41,905 nucleotides of DNA from a virus: the IMG/VR virus record IMGVR_UViG_3300029684_000017, positions 1-41,905 of that record, one strand, 5' to 3'. The notes under the pieces were generated by a model. It did not search any database, was not told the origin of the DNA, and saw nothing but the letters and a program-made list of their open reading frames with translations. A program made the translations under genes and the position numbers. Positions 1 through 6,561 of this stretch are shown piece by piece (the first letter of the stretch is position 1; the number at the start of each line of letters is the position of its first letter).

Positions 1-99
1 AGCAGCCCTAACCACGCCTCCATCTGTTGAACCTGTATTCTGTCGTAAGGAAATATTTTTGATTTTAGCCAAACGGGATCGGCGATCACCACACCTAAG
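1..99. repeat. Terminal direct repeat. Bases 1-99 are identical to 41807-41905 (circular-assembly overlap or terminal redundancy).
   Basis: Read directly: both ends read agcagccctaaccacgcc...ggcgatcaccacacctaag. Confidence 0.95.
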
Positions 100-209
100 T
101 CGTCCGCAAAGGTCCAAAGGCCTATATATAGCAGACGGGCGTCACGAGGGATTCGGCCTATTTTCGCGTCATCCCAAAATTGTGGCTTTATAGTTCGTAT
201 TCTCGCCAT
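1..209 (-). CDS. N-terminal segment of a replication-initiator / replisome-organizer-like protein. The gene continues at 41143-41905 across the circular junction.
   Basis: The ATG at 209-207 reads MARIRTIKPQFWDDAKIGRIPRDARLLYIGLWTFADDLGVVIADPVW. This joins in frame to the ORF listed as 41143..41898, whose listed M is an internal GTG. Joined length is 873 nt (290 aa). Confidence 0.7.
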   Translation of the reverse strand, partial: MARIRTIKPQFWDDAKIGRIPRDARLLYIGLWTFADDLGVVIADPVWLKSKIFPYDRIQVQQMEAWLGL

Positions 210-210
210 A

Positions 211-651
211 TCATATCCATATTTGCTGGTGTTGCATCTCCCTTTCGATGAACCCTATCCATTCCGCGTCTTCGGGCGATGGGAGGTCTATCCCGGCCTC
301 CGCGGCCGCCCAGTTGCGGAAACGTTCTATCGCCGTTGTCATCTCCCCGGTATCTAGGTCCCGACTCGAGCGGAGCCTTTCAATCTCTTTGTGCATCAGC
401 TCGTCGAACTCGACACGCACGAATAACTCCGGATTGCAGAACCTCTTGAAATACTCCGTTTTCACGTACGACAGTGTGCATCCTGTCTGCATTGCGAACT
501 CGCCGAGTATCACGTGCAAATAGCGGTTCTGCGGGGAAGTACGCCGGGGCTTGCGCTCCGAACACTCGACAACGGCCCGACGCGTCATTAGAGCGTTTGC
601 ACGTCGCTTGAAGCGCTCCCGATCGATGTCGGTGTTCAGATCGTAAACCAT
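211..651 (-). CDS. NinB/Orf-family recombination-mediator-like protein (146 aa)
   Basis: The motif RTSPQNRYLHVILGEFA resembles the lambda Orf/NinB motif RSLDQNRKLWACLGD. Same length as lambda Orf, and it lies in the ERF/SSB-like module. Confidence 0.6.
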   Translation of the reverse strand: MVYDLNTDIDRERFKRRANALMTRRAVVECSERKPRRTSPQNRYLHVILGEFAMQTGCTLSYVKTEYFKRFCNPELFVRVEFDELMHKEIERLRSSRDLDTGEMTTAIERFRNWAAAEAGIDLPSPEDAEWIGFIEREMQHQQIWI

Positions 652-662
652 ACCGCGCTACG

Positions 663-959
663 TCAGAAAGGGAGGTCATCTACGGTCTCGGCCACCGGCA
701 AATCGGCGACTTGGTCGGGGGTAGGTTCTGACGAGCGGAACACCACCGCCTTGCCCCGGCCTACATACACTCGTTTATCCTTGCGTTCGCGTTCCTCTTT
801 GGACTGACGCATGAATACACAGTGCGTGTTCTCGTACTGGTCAGCCTCGCGGAGTTCCGACACGCAGATACTGATGTACTTTTTGCCGTTTTCGGCGACG
901 AAAATCTTGTCCCTGGGAATGTCGCTGACACACAGCGACACATTGATAAGTTCTGCCAT
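663..959 (-). CDS. Small ssDNA-binding-like protein with an SSB-type acidic C-terminal tip
   Basis: 98-aa ORF ending ...PVAETVDDLPF (compare bacterial SSB DDDIPF). Adjacent to the ERF annealase. Confidence 0.5.
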   Translation of the reverse strand: MAELINVSLCVSDIPRDKIFVAENGKKYISICVSELREADQYENTHCVFMRQSKEERERKDKRVYVGRGKAVVFRSSEPTPDQVADLPVAETVDDLPF

Positions 960-964
960 TATTC

Positions 965-1423
965 CTATTGTTTTTTGAAAGTTGTCTTAATTACCGTTTT
1001 GCTGCTCCGAGCCGGCGGGAACATCACCACGCCAGTATCGGGGTCTGCAACCCCGGATGACGGTATGTGCTTCAACATCGTTTCCCGTTCCTTGATGTCG
1101 GCTTTCAGGGCTTCCAGCGTGGCGTACATATCCGCCAGCTTGCTATCGCCGCACATCGAATAATCGTATTTGACGCCGGATTCGCACTCTTCCAGCACAC
1201 AGTCGCCGAACGTCTGCTTCTTACCGTATTTGGACAACTCCCGCAGCGTGATGTCTCGCACATCGACGTTATCCTTGTAGAGGGCTATGGCCTTTTCCAT
1301 ACGGCTGATGTTGATATGGGCCGTTATCGGGTCTACCTCCCCGTTTACAACCGAGGAGATAGCCCGGGCGGCCAGCTCGGAGGCAGACGCCGTTTCCCGA
1401 ATCAATGTTACCTGTGTCTCCAT
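965..1423 (-). CDS. Hypothetical protein of the recombination module (152 aa)
   Basis: ORF 965..1501. Start chosen at the ATG 1 nt downstream of the ERF stop; alternative starts at 1435 and 1501. Confidence 0.6.
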   Translation of the reverse strand: METQVTLIRETASASELAARAISSVVNGEVDPITAHINISRMEKAIALYKDNVDVRDITLRELSKYGKKQTFGDCVLEECESGVKYDYSMCGDSKLADMYATLEALKADIKERETMLKHIPSSGVADPDTGVVMFPPARSSKTVIKTTFKKQ

Positions 1424-1424
1424 A

Positions 1425-2096
1425 TCACTTCGCATTTTTCCGGGCCTGACGATAGGATTCAAATAGCTCCGAGAATCGCTCCACGACAGCCGCATCGGCA
1501 TCGTATGATTTCAGCAATCGCGCTCCGGCGTCGAAGTCCGCGGCATAGTTTGCCGTAGTGAGAAATCCATACATCCATTTCATCAGCTGGTCGCAGACGA
1601 TGGCGTCGTCCAGCTGTTCCATCGTGATACGCTTGCGGGCCGGAGCAGTTGCCGGGACCGTGGACGGTTGTGCTGTTTTGGTACTTTGTGCCGCCGCCCG
1701 GTTGGCGTTCTCCGTGTGCCGCTCGTCCGTGTCCGCATCTTTCGTATCGTCGATGCAGAACAACCCGTTAAGGGCATATTTGCGGGCATAACTGGATGCT
1801 GTACCCGTGATCTGCGACCCGTCCATACCCTTCTTGTCGAGGTCCTCACGAGCAAAGGCCGTTGCCGTTTCGACCTCTCCGGCGGCGTTCGTGATGCGCG
1901 CCGTGGCCTTCACGTAGTAGCGGTCCCCGACGGCGACGATGTCGTCGCACAGGTTCAGGACGCATTCGTGCGCCTTGAGTATCGGTTTGACCGCTTCAAG
2001 AATATCCTCGCAGCTCCGGTACCTGTATTTCCCGAAGCTGTTATACTGCCCTTTGGGGGCTTTCAATTCCGACTGGATGGCGATTAACTCTTTCAT
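1425..2096 (-). CDS. erf: ERF-family single-strand annealing recombinase
   Basis: N-terminus ELKAPKGQYNSFGKYRYRSCEDILEAVKPIL and motif GSQITGTASSYARKYALNGLFCIDD are typical of the ERF superfamily. Confidence 0.85.
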   Translation of the reverse strand: MKELIAIQSELKAPKGQYNSFGKYRYRSCEDILEAVKPILKAHECVLNLCDDIVAVGDRYYVKATARITNAAGEVETATAFAREDLDKKGMDGSQITGTASSYARKYALNGLFCIDDTKDADTDERHTENANRAAAQSTKTAQPSTVPATAPARKRITMEQLDDAIVCDQLMKWMYGFLTTANYAADFDAGARLLKSYDADAAVVERFSELFESYRQARKNAK

Positions 2097-2099
2097 GGC

Positions 2100-2270
2100 T
2101 TAGTCTTCGATATAGGTTACTGAAGGTGCTGTAACTTTGGCCGGATCGAGATGACGCATGCAATCCCGTTTGGCTTTCTCGATCTCTTTGGCCATCATGC
2201 GTCGGTTCTCCTCATGGCTGGTGATCAGCTTGCCAGTAGCACGGCTTCTGACCTCAATACGTGTTTTCAT
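2100..2270 (-). CDS. Hypothetical small protein (56 aa)
   Basis: Hand-translated MKTRIEVRSRATGKLITSHEENRRMMAKEIEKAKRDCMRHLDPAKVTAPSVTYIED. It fills the gap between neighbouring genes exactly. Below the ORF-track size cutoff. Confidence 0.45.
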   Translation of the reverse strand: MKTRIEVRSRATGKLITSHEENRRMMAKEIEKAKRDCMRHLDPAKVTAPSVTYIED

Positions 2271-2273
2271 GTA

Positions 2274-2699
2274 TTATAAGTTGTTTTGTTTTGCGTAATT
2301 TCTCAAACTGGCCAAGTGGCCCGGCCATATCCTACCGTCGATGTCGGTGACATTCAATATTTCGATGCTGTCCCGGCATCCGATCTGAACCTCCTCGTAA
2401 CATCCGAAATCCACATCGTAGCGCATTTCGGTGATCGGTTCGTAATGATGTATCGCCCGGATGTCGTAGATTTTGTAGGCAACGGTGTATATCTGGCCGT
2501 CCTGATCGCGGTGGACATCTTTGTCGATAGCTTCCCGGATGGCTTGGAAGATCAGCTTGAAATCTACATCCGTCAGCCGGGATCGGATTCTCGACCATTT
2601 GCCGCGCTCACCCGTGATGTGCTCGCTGGGAATGTCCACCAGCTCCTCTGTAACCGGGAGGGCCGGGGATGTCGTCGTAGTGAGGTATTGCGTGTTCAT
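2274..2699 (-). CDS. Hypothetical protein (141 aa)
   Basis: ORF with an ATGA start/stop overlap to the upstream gene. Confidence 0.7.
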   Translation of the reverse strand: MNTQYLTTTTSPALPVTEELVDIPSEHITGERGKWSRIRSRLTDVDFKLIFQAIREAIDKDVHRDQDGQIYTVAYKIYDIRAIHHYEPITEMRYDVDFGCYEEVQIGCRDSIEILNVTDIDGRIWPGHLASLRNYAKQNNL

Positions 2700-2974
2700 G
2701 TTAACAGGCGGTGTAAAAAGGTTGGATGTTTGCGATGATCCTCATCCCAGCCTGCGAACGGCCACGGAACGGGCATTGCTTCGGTATGATTGCCTTTGAC
2801 TTCGGACGCGGGGAGATGACCCGCATCCCGAAGTTTGGAGAGCCGCATCTTCACGGCGCATTCAGTTCGCCCTAGCTCCGCCGCTATCTCTTCGATGCTG
2901 GCGCCGTGGCGATACATATATATCAGATTGTTGATGTCGTCAAGACCCCAGCGAGGCTTGGTTTCCTTTCTCAT
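2696..2974 (-). CDS. Small helix-turn-helix DNA-binding protein (92 aa)
   Basis: Internal ATG of ORF 2696..3124, 2 nt after the upstream stop. GASIEEIAAELGRTECAVKMRLSKL looks like a sigma-region-4/LuxR-like HTH. Confidence 0.6.
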   Translation of the reverse strand: MRKETKPRWGLDDINNLIYMYRHGASIEEIAAELGRTECAVKMRLSKLRDAGHLPASEVKGNHTEAMPVPWPFAGWDEDHRKHPTFLHRLLT

Positions 2975-2976
2975 GG

Positions 2977-3267
2977 TTAATCGAATTTGATGTTTTGCAA
3001 TTCTCCTCCAATTCCTTCGTAAACTTGGAAGTGGCCAGGTTGGTATTCTTTGCGAGCCTCTTCGGGTCGAAGTTTGCCAAGGGCGAACAATATCCGCTCC
3101 TCCTCTTGTGCTATGTGCATACACGTAAAGTTTAGATCAGCAACGATAGCCTGATATCGTTTTTTTGTCAATCCCGTCTTCATGGATTCAACGTTCAGTT
3201 TGTCACGTTTATCGCAGAGACGTTTAAGGATTACCGCATGATCTTTAATGTAGTCTTGTCGTTTCAT
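2977..3267 (-). CDS. Hypothetical protein (96 aa)
   Basis: ORF tightly packed in the leftward operon. Confidence 0.65.
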   Translation of the reverse strand: MKRQDYIKDHAVILKRLCDKRDKLNVESMKTGLTKKRYQAIVADLNFTCMHIAQEEERILFALGKLRPEEARKEYQPGHFQVYEGIGGELQNIKFD

Positions 3268-3269
3268 AG

Positions 3270-3401
3270 CTAATCGAATTTTTCAAATACGCGGGTGAGA
3301 ATGACCTCCACGGCGTCGTAGATGCGCTTGTCGGAGTAGACGATACCGAAAACCGCGGCTATGGGCAGTAGCCACAGCAACAGGGTTACAAGACTTGTCA
3401 T
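3270..3401 (-). CDS. Hypothetical small membrane protein (43 aa)
   Basis: Hand-translated MTSLVTLLLWLLPIAAVFGIVYSDKRIYDAVEVILTRVFEKFD with one hydrophobic helix. Abuts its neighbours. Confidence 0.4.
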   Translation of the reverse strand: MTSLVTLLLWLLPIAAVFGIVYSDKRIYDAVEVILTRVFEKFD

Positions 3402-3412
3402 AATTCAACGGG

Positions 3413-3679
3413 TTAATGTTTGACTTTGGGAGGAAATACCCGGCTTACGAGTATGGTGCCGACGACGACAGCATACGTCGGATATATCAAGCGAAACTGA
3501 GCAAGGAAACAGCCCAGGGCGTGTTCCTCGCTGGTAGCGCGGATAATGTTGGTGTAATCGACCTTCTCTAACGAGAATGTAGATTTGGCTGCCTTGAGAT
3601 GGCAACGGTAAAAGCAGGTACGATGCGTTGCACGGGTACTTTTATTCCCCGTTTTGCAACTCGTGTTGTGGTTTGGCAT
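3413..3679 (-). CDS. Hypothetical protein with a hydrophobic C-terminus (88 aa)
   Basis: Internal ATG of ORF 3413..3754. First gene after a putative leftward promoter. Start is uncertain. Confidence 0.4.
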   Translation of the reverse strand: MPNHNTSCKTGNKSTRATHRTCFYRCHLKAAKSTFSLEKVDYTNIIRATSEEHALGCFLAQFRLIYPTYAVVVGTILVSRVFPPKVKH

Positions 3680-3842
3680 TTGGTTAACACAAGTTAGTTG
3701 AACAATACGTATAAAAAGAAGGACGTGCCCTCCAGTTAGTCGCCAAACCACCACAACTGCGGGTGCAGAAGTGAACCGAGAACACGCCCTAAAAGACGTT
3801 TTGTATTTTCTGATTTACCCTCAATTGGGTGGTTTGGCTTCA

Positions 3843-3850
3843 CAAATATA
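3843..3850 (-). promoter_or_regulatory. Candidate Bacteroidetes-type -7 box TATATTTG (minus strand)
   Basis: The plus strand reads caaatata, which is TAnnTTTG on the minus strand, upstream of the 3754/3679 gene. Confidence 0.35.
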
Positions 3851-3908
3851 GGAAATCATTTTGAATCTGCAAAATTATTTCAGCAATTCGGGGTTATTCG
3901 TGGATAGG

Positions 3909-4046
3909 ATGCCAGCCGGTAAATTCGTAAACGGCAAGTTGTGCAAGCTCGTATTTTGCAAGTACATCCGTAAGAATGGCAAGATCATTTATCCTAAAAA
4001 AGCGAAGGCTTTCAGGATTTGGGTGCCGGTCAATAATGCGGCTTAA
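3909..4046 (+). CDS. Small, very basic protein (45 aa) in reverse orientation inside the leftward arm
   Basis: ATG at 3909 (the ORF track starts at a TTG at 3861). Reads MPAGKFVNGKLCKLVFCKYIRKNGKIIYPKKAKAFRIWVPVNNAA. Followed by its own terminator. Confidence 0.5.
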   Translation: MPAGKFVNGKLCKLVFCKYIRKNGKIIYPKKAKAFRIWVPVNNAA

Positions 4047-4058
4047 CAAGTTACCGTC

Positions 4059-4088
4059 GTGGAGTGGTAGGACACTCCACTTTTATTT
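4059..4088 (+). terminator. Rho-independent terminator
   Basis: Stem gtggagtg / cactccac, 6-nt loop, then ttttattt. Confidence 0.7.
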
Positions 4089-4093
4089 AGAAT

Positions 4094-4258
4094 TTACCCC
4101 AAATTCAATGCCATCCTCCGCGATCTTTCGGCATTTTTGAGATAGCGTGCCTTGTACTTGTCGTTGGCTTTCTCCGGAGGAACCAGGATTACCGTGTTTC
4201 TATCGAGCCGTAAGGGCACGAGATTCTTTTCTTTAATATCCTTGAAAATATAATTCAT
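4094..4258 (-). CDS. Hypothetical small protein (54 aa)
   Basis: Hand-translated MNYIFKDIKEKNLVPLRLDRNTVILVPPEKANDKYKARYLKNAERSRRMALNLG. Lies just downstream of the tRNAs. Confidence 0.4.
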   Translation of the reverse strand: MNYIFKDIKEKNLVPLRLDRNTVILVPPEKANDKYKARYLKNAERSRRMALNLG

Positions 4259-4280
4259 AATTACAAGAACTTATCACTTG

Positions 4281-4351
4281 TTGAGCTACCCGGATTCGAA
4301 CCGGAAGCGCCACCTCCAAAGGGTGATGTGTTACCGTTACACCATAGCTCA
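4281..4351 (-). tRNA. tRNA-Gln (anticodon UUG)
   Basis: Cloverleaf folded by hand. Acceptor TGAGCTA/TAGCTCA, anticodon stem TCACC/GGTGG, loop CTTTGGA, T-arm TCCGG-TTCGAAT-CCGGG. No encoded CCA. Confidence 0.85.
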
Positions 4352-4499
4352 ATAAATGCCGGTCTTTCCCGGCTGCCAGATGCTTTCGCATAACCTGTCC
4401 GATAGAGTCAAGCGTCTGTTCCGCTTTGCCATTGCCGCGCAATCGGCAATAATCCCTTGCGCTATCGTCGCTCTACTTGCATCACCAACAAAGGGGTTG

Positions 4500-4584
4500 C
4501 GGAGGGTGAGAGATTCGAACTCCCGAAGCGTTGCCGCTCGCCGGATTAGTAAGCCGGAGCCTTCAACCACTCGGCCAACCCTCC
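4500..4584 (-). tRNA. Type-II (long variable arm) tRNA, Ser-like, apparent anticodon ACU with a mismatched 31-39 pair
   Basis: GGAGGGT acceptor, GCC/GGC D-stem, anticodon arm CCGGC-TTACTAA-TCCGG, variable stem GAGCG/CGCTT, T-arm GGGAG-TTCGAAT-CTCTC, discriminator G. Confidence 0.7.
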
Positions 4585-4650
4585 AAATATCGCCCGCGGG
4601 CCTCACGGATGGCGGGCGACGGTTCTTGTTATGACGTAAGTAAGGCGTCG

Positions 4651-4911
4651 TCACGCCTTTTCTTTGACGAAACGCCCGCCGGCGCCGCGTTTACGCTGAT
4701 ACTTTTGCAATTCGGCCTCAGCGGCATAACGAATGTTCCGTTCTTCGGCGCACTTTTTCAGGAGGTCATTGCGGTCTTTTTCACCCGCGGTGAAACTCCG
4801 GCGAATGTCCGCATTCACGCGCTCGAGCCGTTCGATCTCCGCGCGGTATCGCTTCCGCGGAGTGAAGTCCATGCCCAGAAATTTCCGGGCCTTGAATGTC
4901 TCGGTTCTCAT
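4651..4911 (-). CDS. Hypothetical basic coiled-coil protein (86 aa)
   Basis: ORF with an ATGA overlap to the upstream gene. Confidence 0.65.
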   Translation of the reverse strand: MRTETFKARKFLGMDFTPRKRYRAEIERLERVNADIRRSFTAGEKDRNDLLKKCAEERNIRYAAEAELQKYQRKRGAGGRFVKEKA

Positions 4912-5156
4912 ATTTGTGCAATTTCAGGGTTAACGACCATATGATACTCTTTGTAGCGGACGATCCGCCCTCTGTCGGCATCGTGGCTGTAACACCAATC
5001 GCCGACGATGATGTAGCCTTTACGCCGGAGCCGCGTGACGATCTTTCGCAGCTCTGTTGTGCCGAATTTGTTCATCGCTTTCCACACCGTCAGCGTGCCG
5101 CCTCTGATGAAGTAGGCCAAGATGCGGGCCTGGGGCTTTCTTGAATCTTTCTTCAT
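4908..5156 (-). CDS. Winged-helix DNA-binding-like protein (82 aa)
   Basis: ARILAYFIRGGTLTVWKAMNKFGTTELRKIVTRLRRKGYII has a wHTH-like pattern. Confidence 0.6.
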   Translation of the reverse strand: MKKDSRKPQARILAYFIRGGTLTVWKAMNKFGTTELRKIVTRLRRKGYIIVGDWCYSHDADRGRIVRYKEYHMVVNPEIAQI

Positions 5157-5320
5157 AGCCTTGAAATTTTAAGGTTATTGCGCCCTGACACCATCGAAGG
5201 CCAGGCACACCGATCACGTGCATCGGCGCCATCAGGGCAAGGGTGCGGGCTTTGCGCGGTGTGATAACCACTAACTTAAATTGCAAAATGGACAGAAAGA
5301 ACGTGTGCACTCAGCCCGCA

Positions 5321-5615
5321 TTGGAGCCCGTGAAGTCGATCAAAACCGCACGGGCATAATTTGCGTTCTATTTATCCCGGTGGTCCTCGCCGCTCATATC
5401 ATCGCAGCCTTGGAGCCCGTGCCGGTCTTTCGCGCATTTCGGCTATTTGCTTACTCGCGGCCGCATCTTCTCAATGGCGGCACATAGTGCAGTTACGTTG
5501 CAGGCGTCGGTCGGAATGGTGCGGCTCCGACTGCCGGATCGCTTTCTGCCTTGCGGCTGGGGTTATTGCCAGCGATCAAACCCCTAACCCTTGCGGGCTG
5601 CTATTGGCTCCCGTG
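5321..5615. repeat. Three copies of a 12-nt motif TTGG(A/C)(G/T)CCCGTG in an ORF-free stretch
   Basis: ttggagcccgtg at 5321-5332 and 5410-5421; ttggctcccgtg at 5604-5615. Confidence 0.6.
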
Positions 5616-5622
5616 TCGCCGG

Positions 5623-5862
5623 TCAAAGCGGCGCGGGAAAATCATATCGTCCTTTTGTCCAATACCATTTTGTCAAGGCTTGTAGATTACGGGCGATTCC
5701 TAACTTGTCGTAGATGATCTGCAAGTGGTTAGCGACACATTGATACGGTCAACATTGATACGTCACGCATACGTGCTCGGCGGTTTCTCGCGCCGTCATG
5801 CAGTCGTCTGAAAGGCATTCTACAATGCGCATTTCGCAGCGGGTCAGTTGTTCGTGTTTCAT
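5623..5862 (-). pseudogene. GerE/LuxR-type HTH regulator gene interrupted by an in-frame TGA inside a 15-bp tandem duplication
   Basis: Codon-by-codon translation gives MKHEQLTRCEMRIVECLSDDCMTARETAEHVCVTYQC*PYQCVANHLQIIYDKLGIARNLQALTKWYWTKGRYDFPAPL*. TGA at 5751-5749. Duplicated units at 5737-5751 and 5752-5765. Confidence 0.7.
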
Positions 5863-5889
5863 ATGTGTGTGGTTGTTGGTTAGCTGTTC

Positions 5890-6165
5890 TTATGCGAGGC
5901 CCCAAGGATCAGCCACCCCGTAGCGGGCGAAAATATCCTCTATCGCTTGCCGGTCTACGATTGACAGCGCATTTTTGCCGTACTTGTAATTGATCATCGA
6001 TTCTTTGCTGTACGGTTTCCCGTTGCGGTTGCGTGAAATTGTAGCGGCGATCTCATCCATCAATAGGATCGCAATGCCCCGCCCCCGCTTGCGGGCCCGT
6101 ACTTCGTTGTAACCTTTCACAAAGGCGTTGTTCTCGGGGGTTTGTTCAATCTGTGTTTTCATCAT
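5890..6165 (-). CDS. Hypothetical protein (91 aa)
   Basis: ORF in the leftward early operon. Confidence 0.65.
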   Translation of the reverse strand: MMKTQIEQTPENNAFVKGYNEVRARKRGRGIAILLMDEIAATISRNRNGKPYSKESMINYKYGKNALSIVDRQAIEDIFARYGVADPWGLA

Positions 6166-6257
6166 TTGTCTAAAATTTCAAGTATTCGTTTGATACATTC
6201 CGCCTGCTCTTCGAGTAAGGCCGTCAGGTGGTCGGCTGATTGGGTTACTTCGTTCAT
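6162..6257 (-). CDS. Hypothetical micro-protein (31 aa)
   Basis: Hand-translated MNEVTQSADHLTALLEEQAECIKRILEILDK. Its TGA overlaps the ATGATG start of the next gene. Confidence 0.35.
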   Translation of the reverse strand: MNEVTQSADHLTALLEEQAECIKRILEILDK

Positions 6258-6269
6258 TTCCGTATCGTG

Positions 6270-6509
6270 TTAGTCCCCGTAATAGGTTCTGCTGTCTCCG
6301 TAGTAGTCGGCCGGGATTATCAGCGGGAGCGGATCGAGGGCGGGGCGTGTCGGCTCCTCCATCGGGCGGTTCTCAATTATCGCCGTCATCACCGCGATCT
6401 TCTCGTTGCGCCATGCTTTCTTCAGACAAGCCGAGAAAGTCATCGACGGCTGCACCTTTTTCAGATACCATGCGTTCTTCATGATCTTCGATTTGTTGTA
6501 AGTTTTCAT
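6270..6509 (-). CDS. Hypothetical protein (79 aa), first gene of the leftward arm
   Basis: ORF adjacent to the AT-rich divergent switch region. Confidence 0.65.
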   Translation of the reverse strand: MKTYNKSKIMKNAWYLKKVQPSMTFSACLKKAWRNEKIAVMTAIIENRPMEEPTRPALDPLPLIIPADYYGDSRTYYGD

Positions 6510-6561
6510 GGCGTTTCAGTTTTTTTGTATATTTTTACATTTCAATACCCGGCGGTCTTCG

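Noticed and set aside
1-99. Terminal repeats of a mobile element or an LTR-like structure.
   Set aside because: The repeat is direct, exactly at both window ends and 100% identical, and a gene reads through the join. It is best explained as a circular-assembly overlap.
3861-3908. TTG-initiated 61-aa version of the small plus-strand gene.
   Set aside because: The ORF-track start is a TTG. An in-frame ATG at 3909 gives the conserved-looking basic core. The longer form is unsupported.
4590-4619. GC-rich hairpin (tcgcccgc...gcgggcga) upstream of the type-II tRNA as a terminator.
   Set aside because: It has no convincing T tract on the transcribed (minus) strand and ends 5 nt before the tRNA 5-prime end. 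It is more likely a processing or structural element, and the evidence is not strong enough to annotate.
5020-5717. ORFs 5020..5310(-), 5281..5487(+) and 5361..5717(+) in the gap region.
   Set aside because: They overlap each other or the wHTH gene and have Arg/Cys/Ala-rich low-complexity products with no start context. The region is treated as non-coding.
5749-5751. TGA reassignment (genetic code 4 or recoded phage) as the explanation for the in-frame stop in the GerE-like gene.
   Set aside because: Several well-supported genes, such as ERF and terS, terminate at TGA. All long structural ORFs are intact in the standard code. The stop lies inside an obvious 15-bp duplication.
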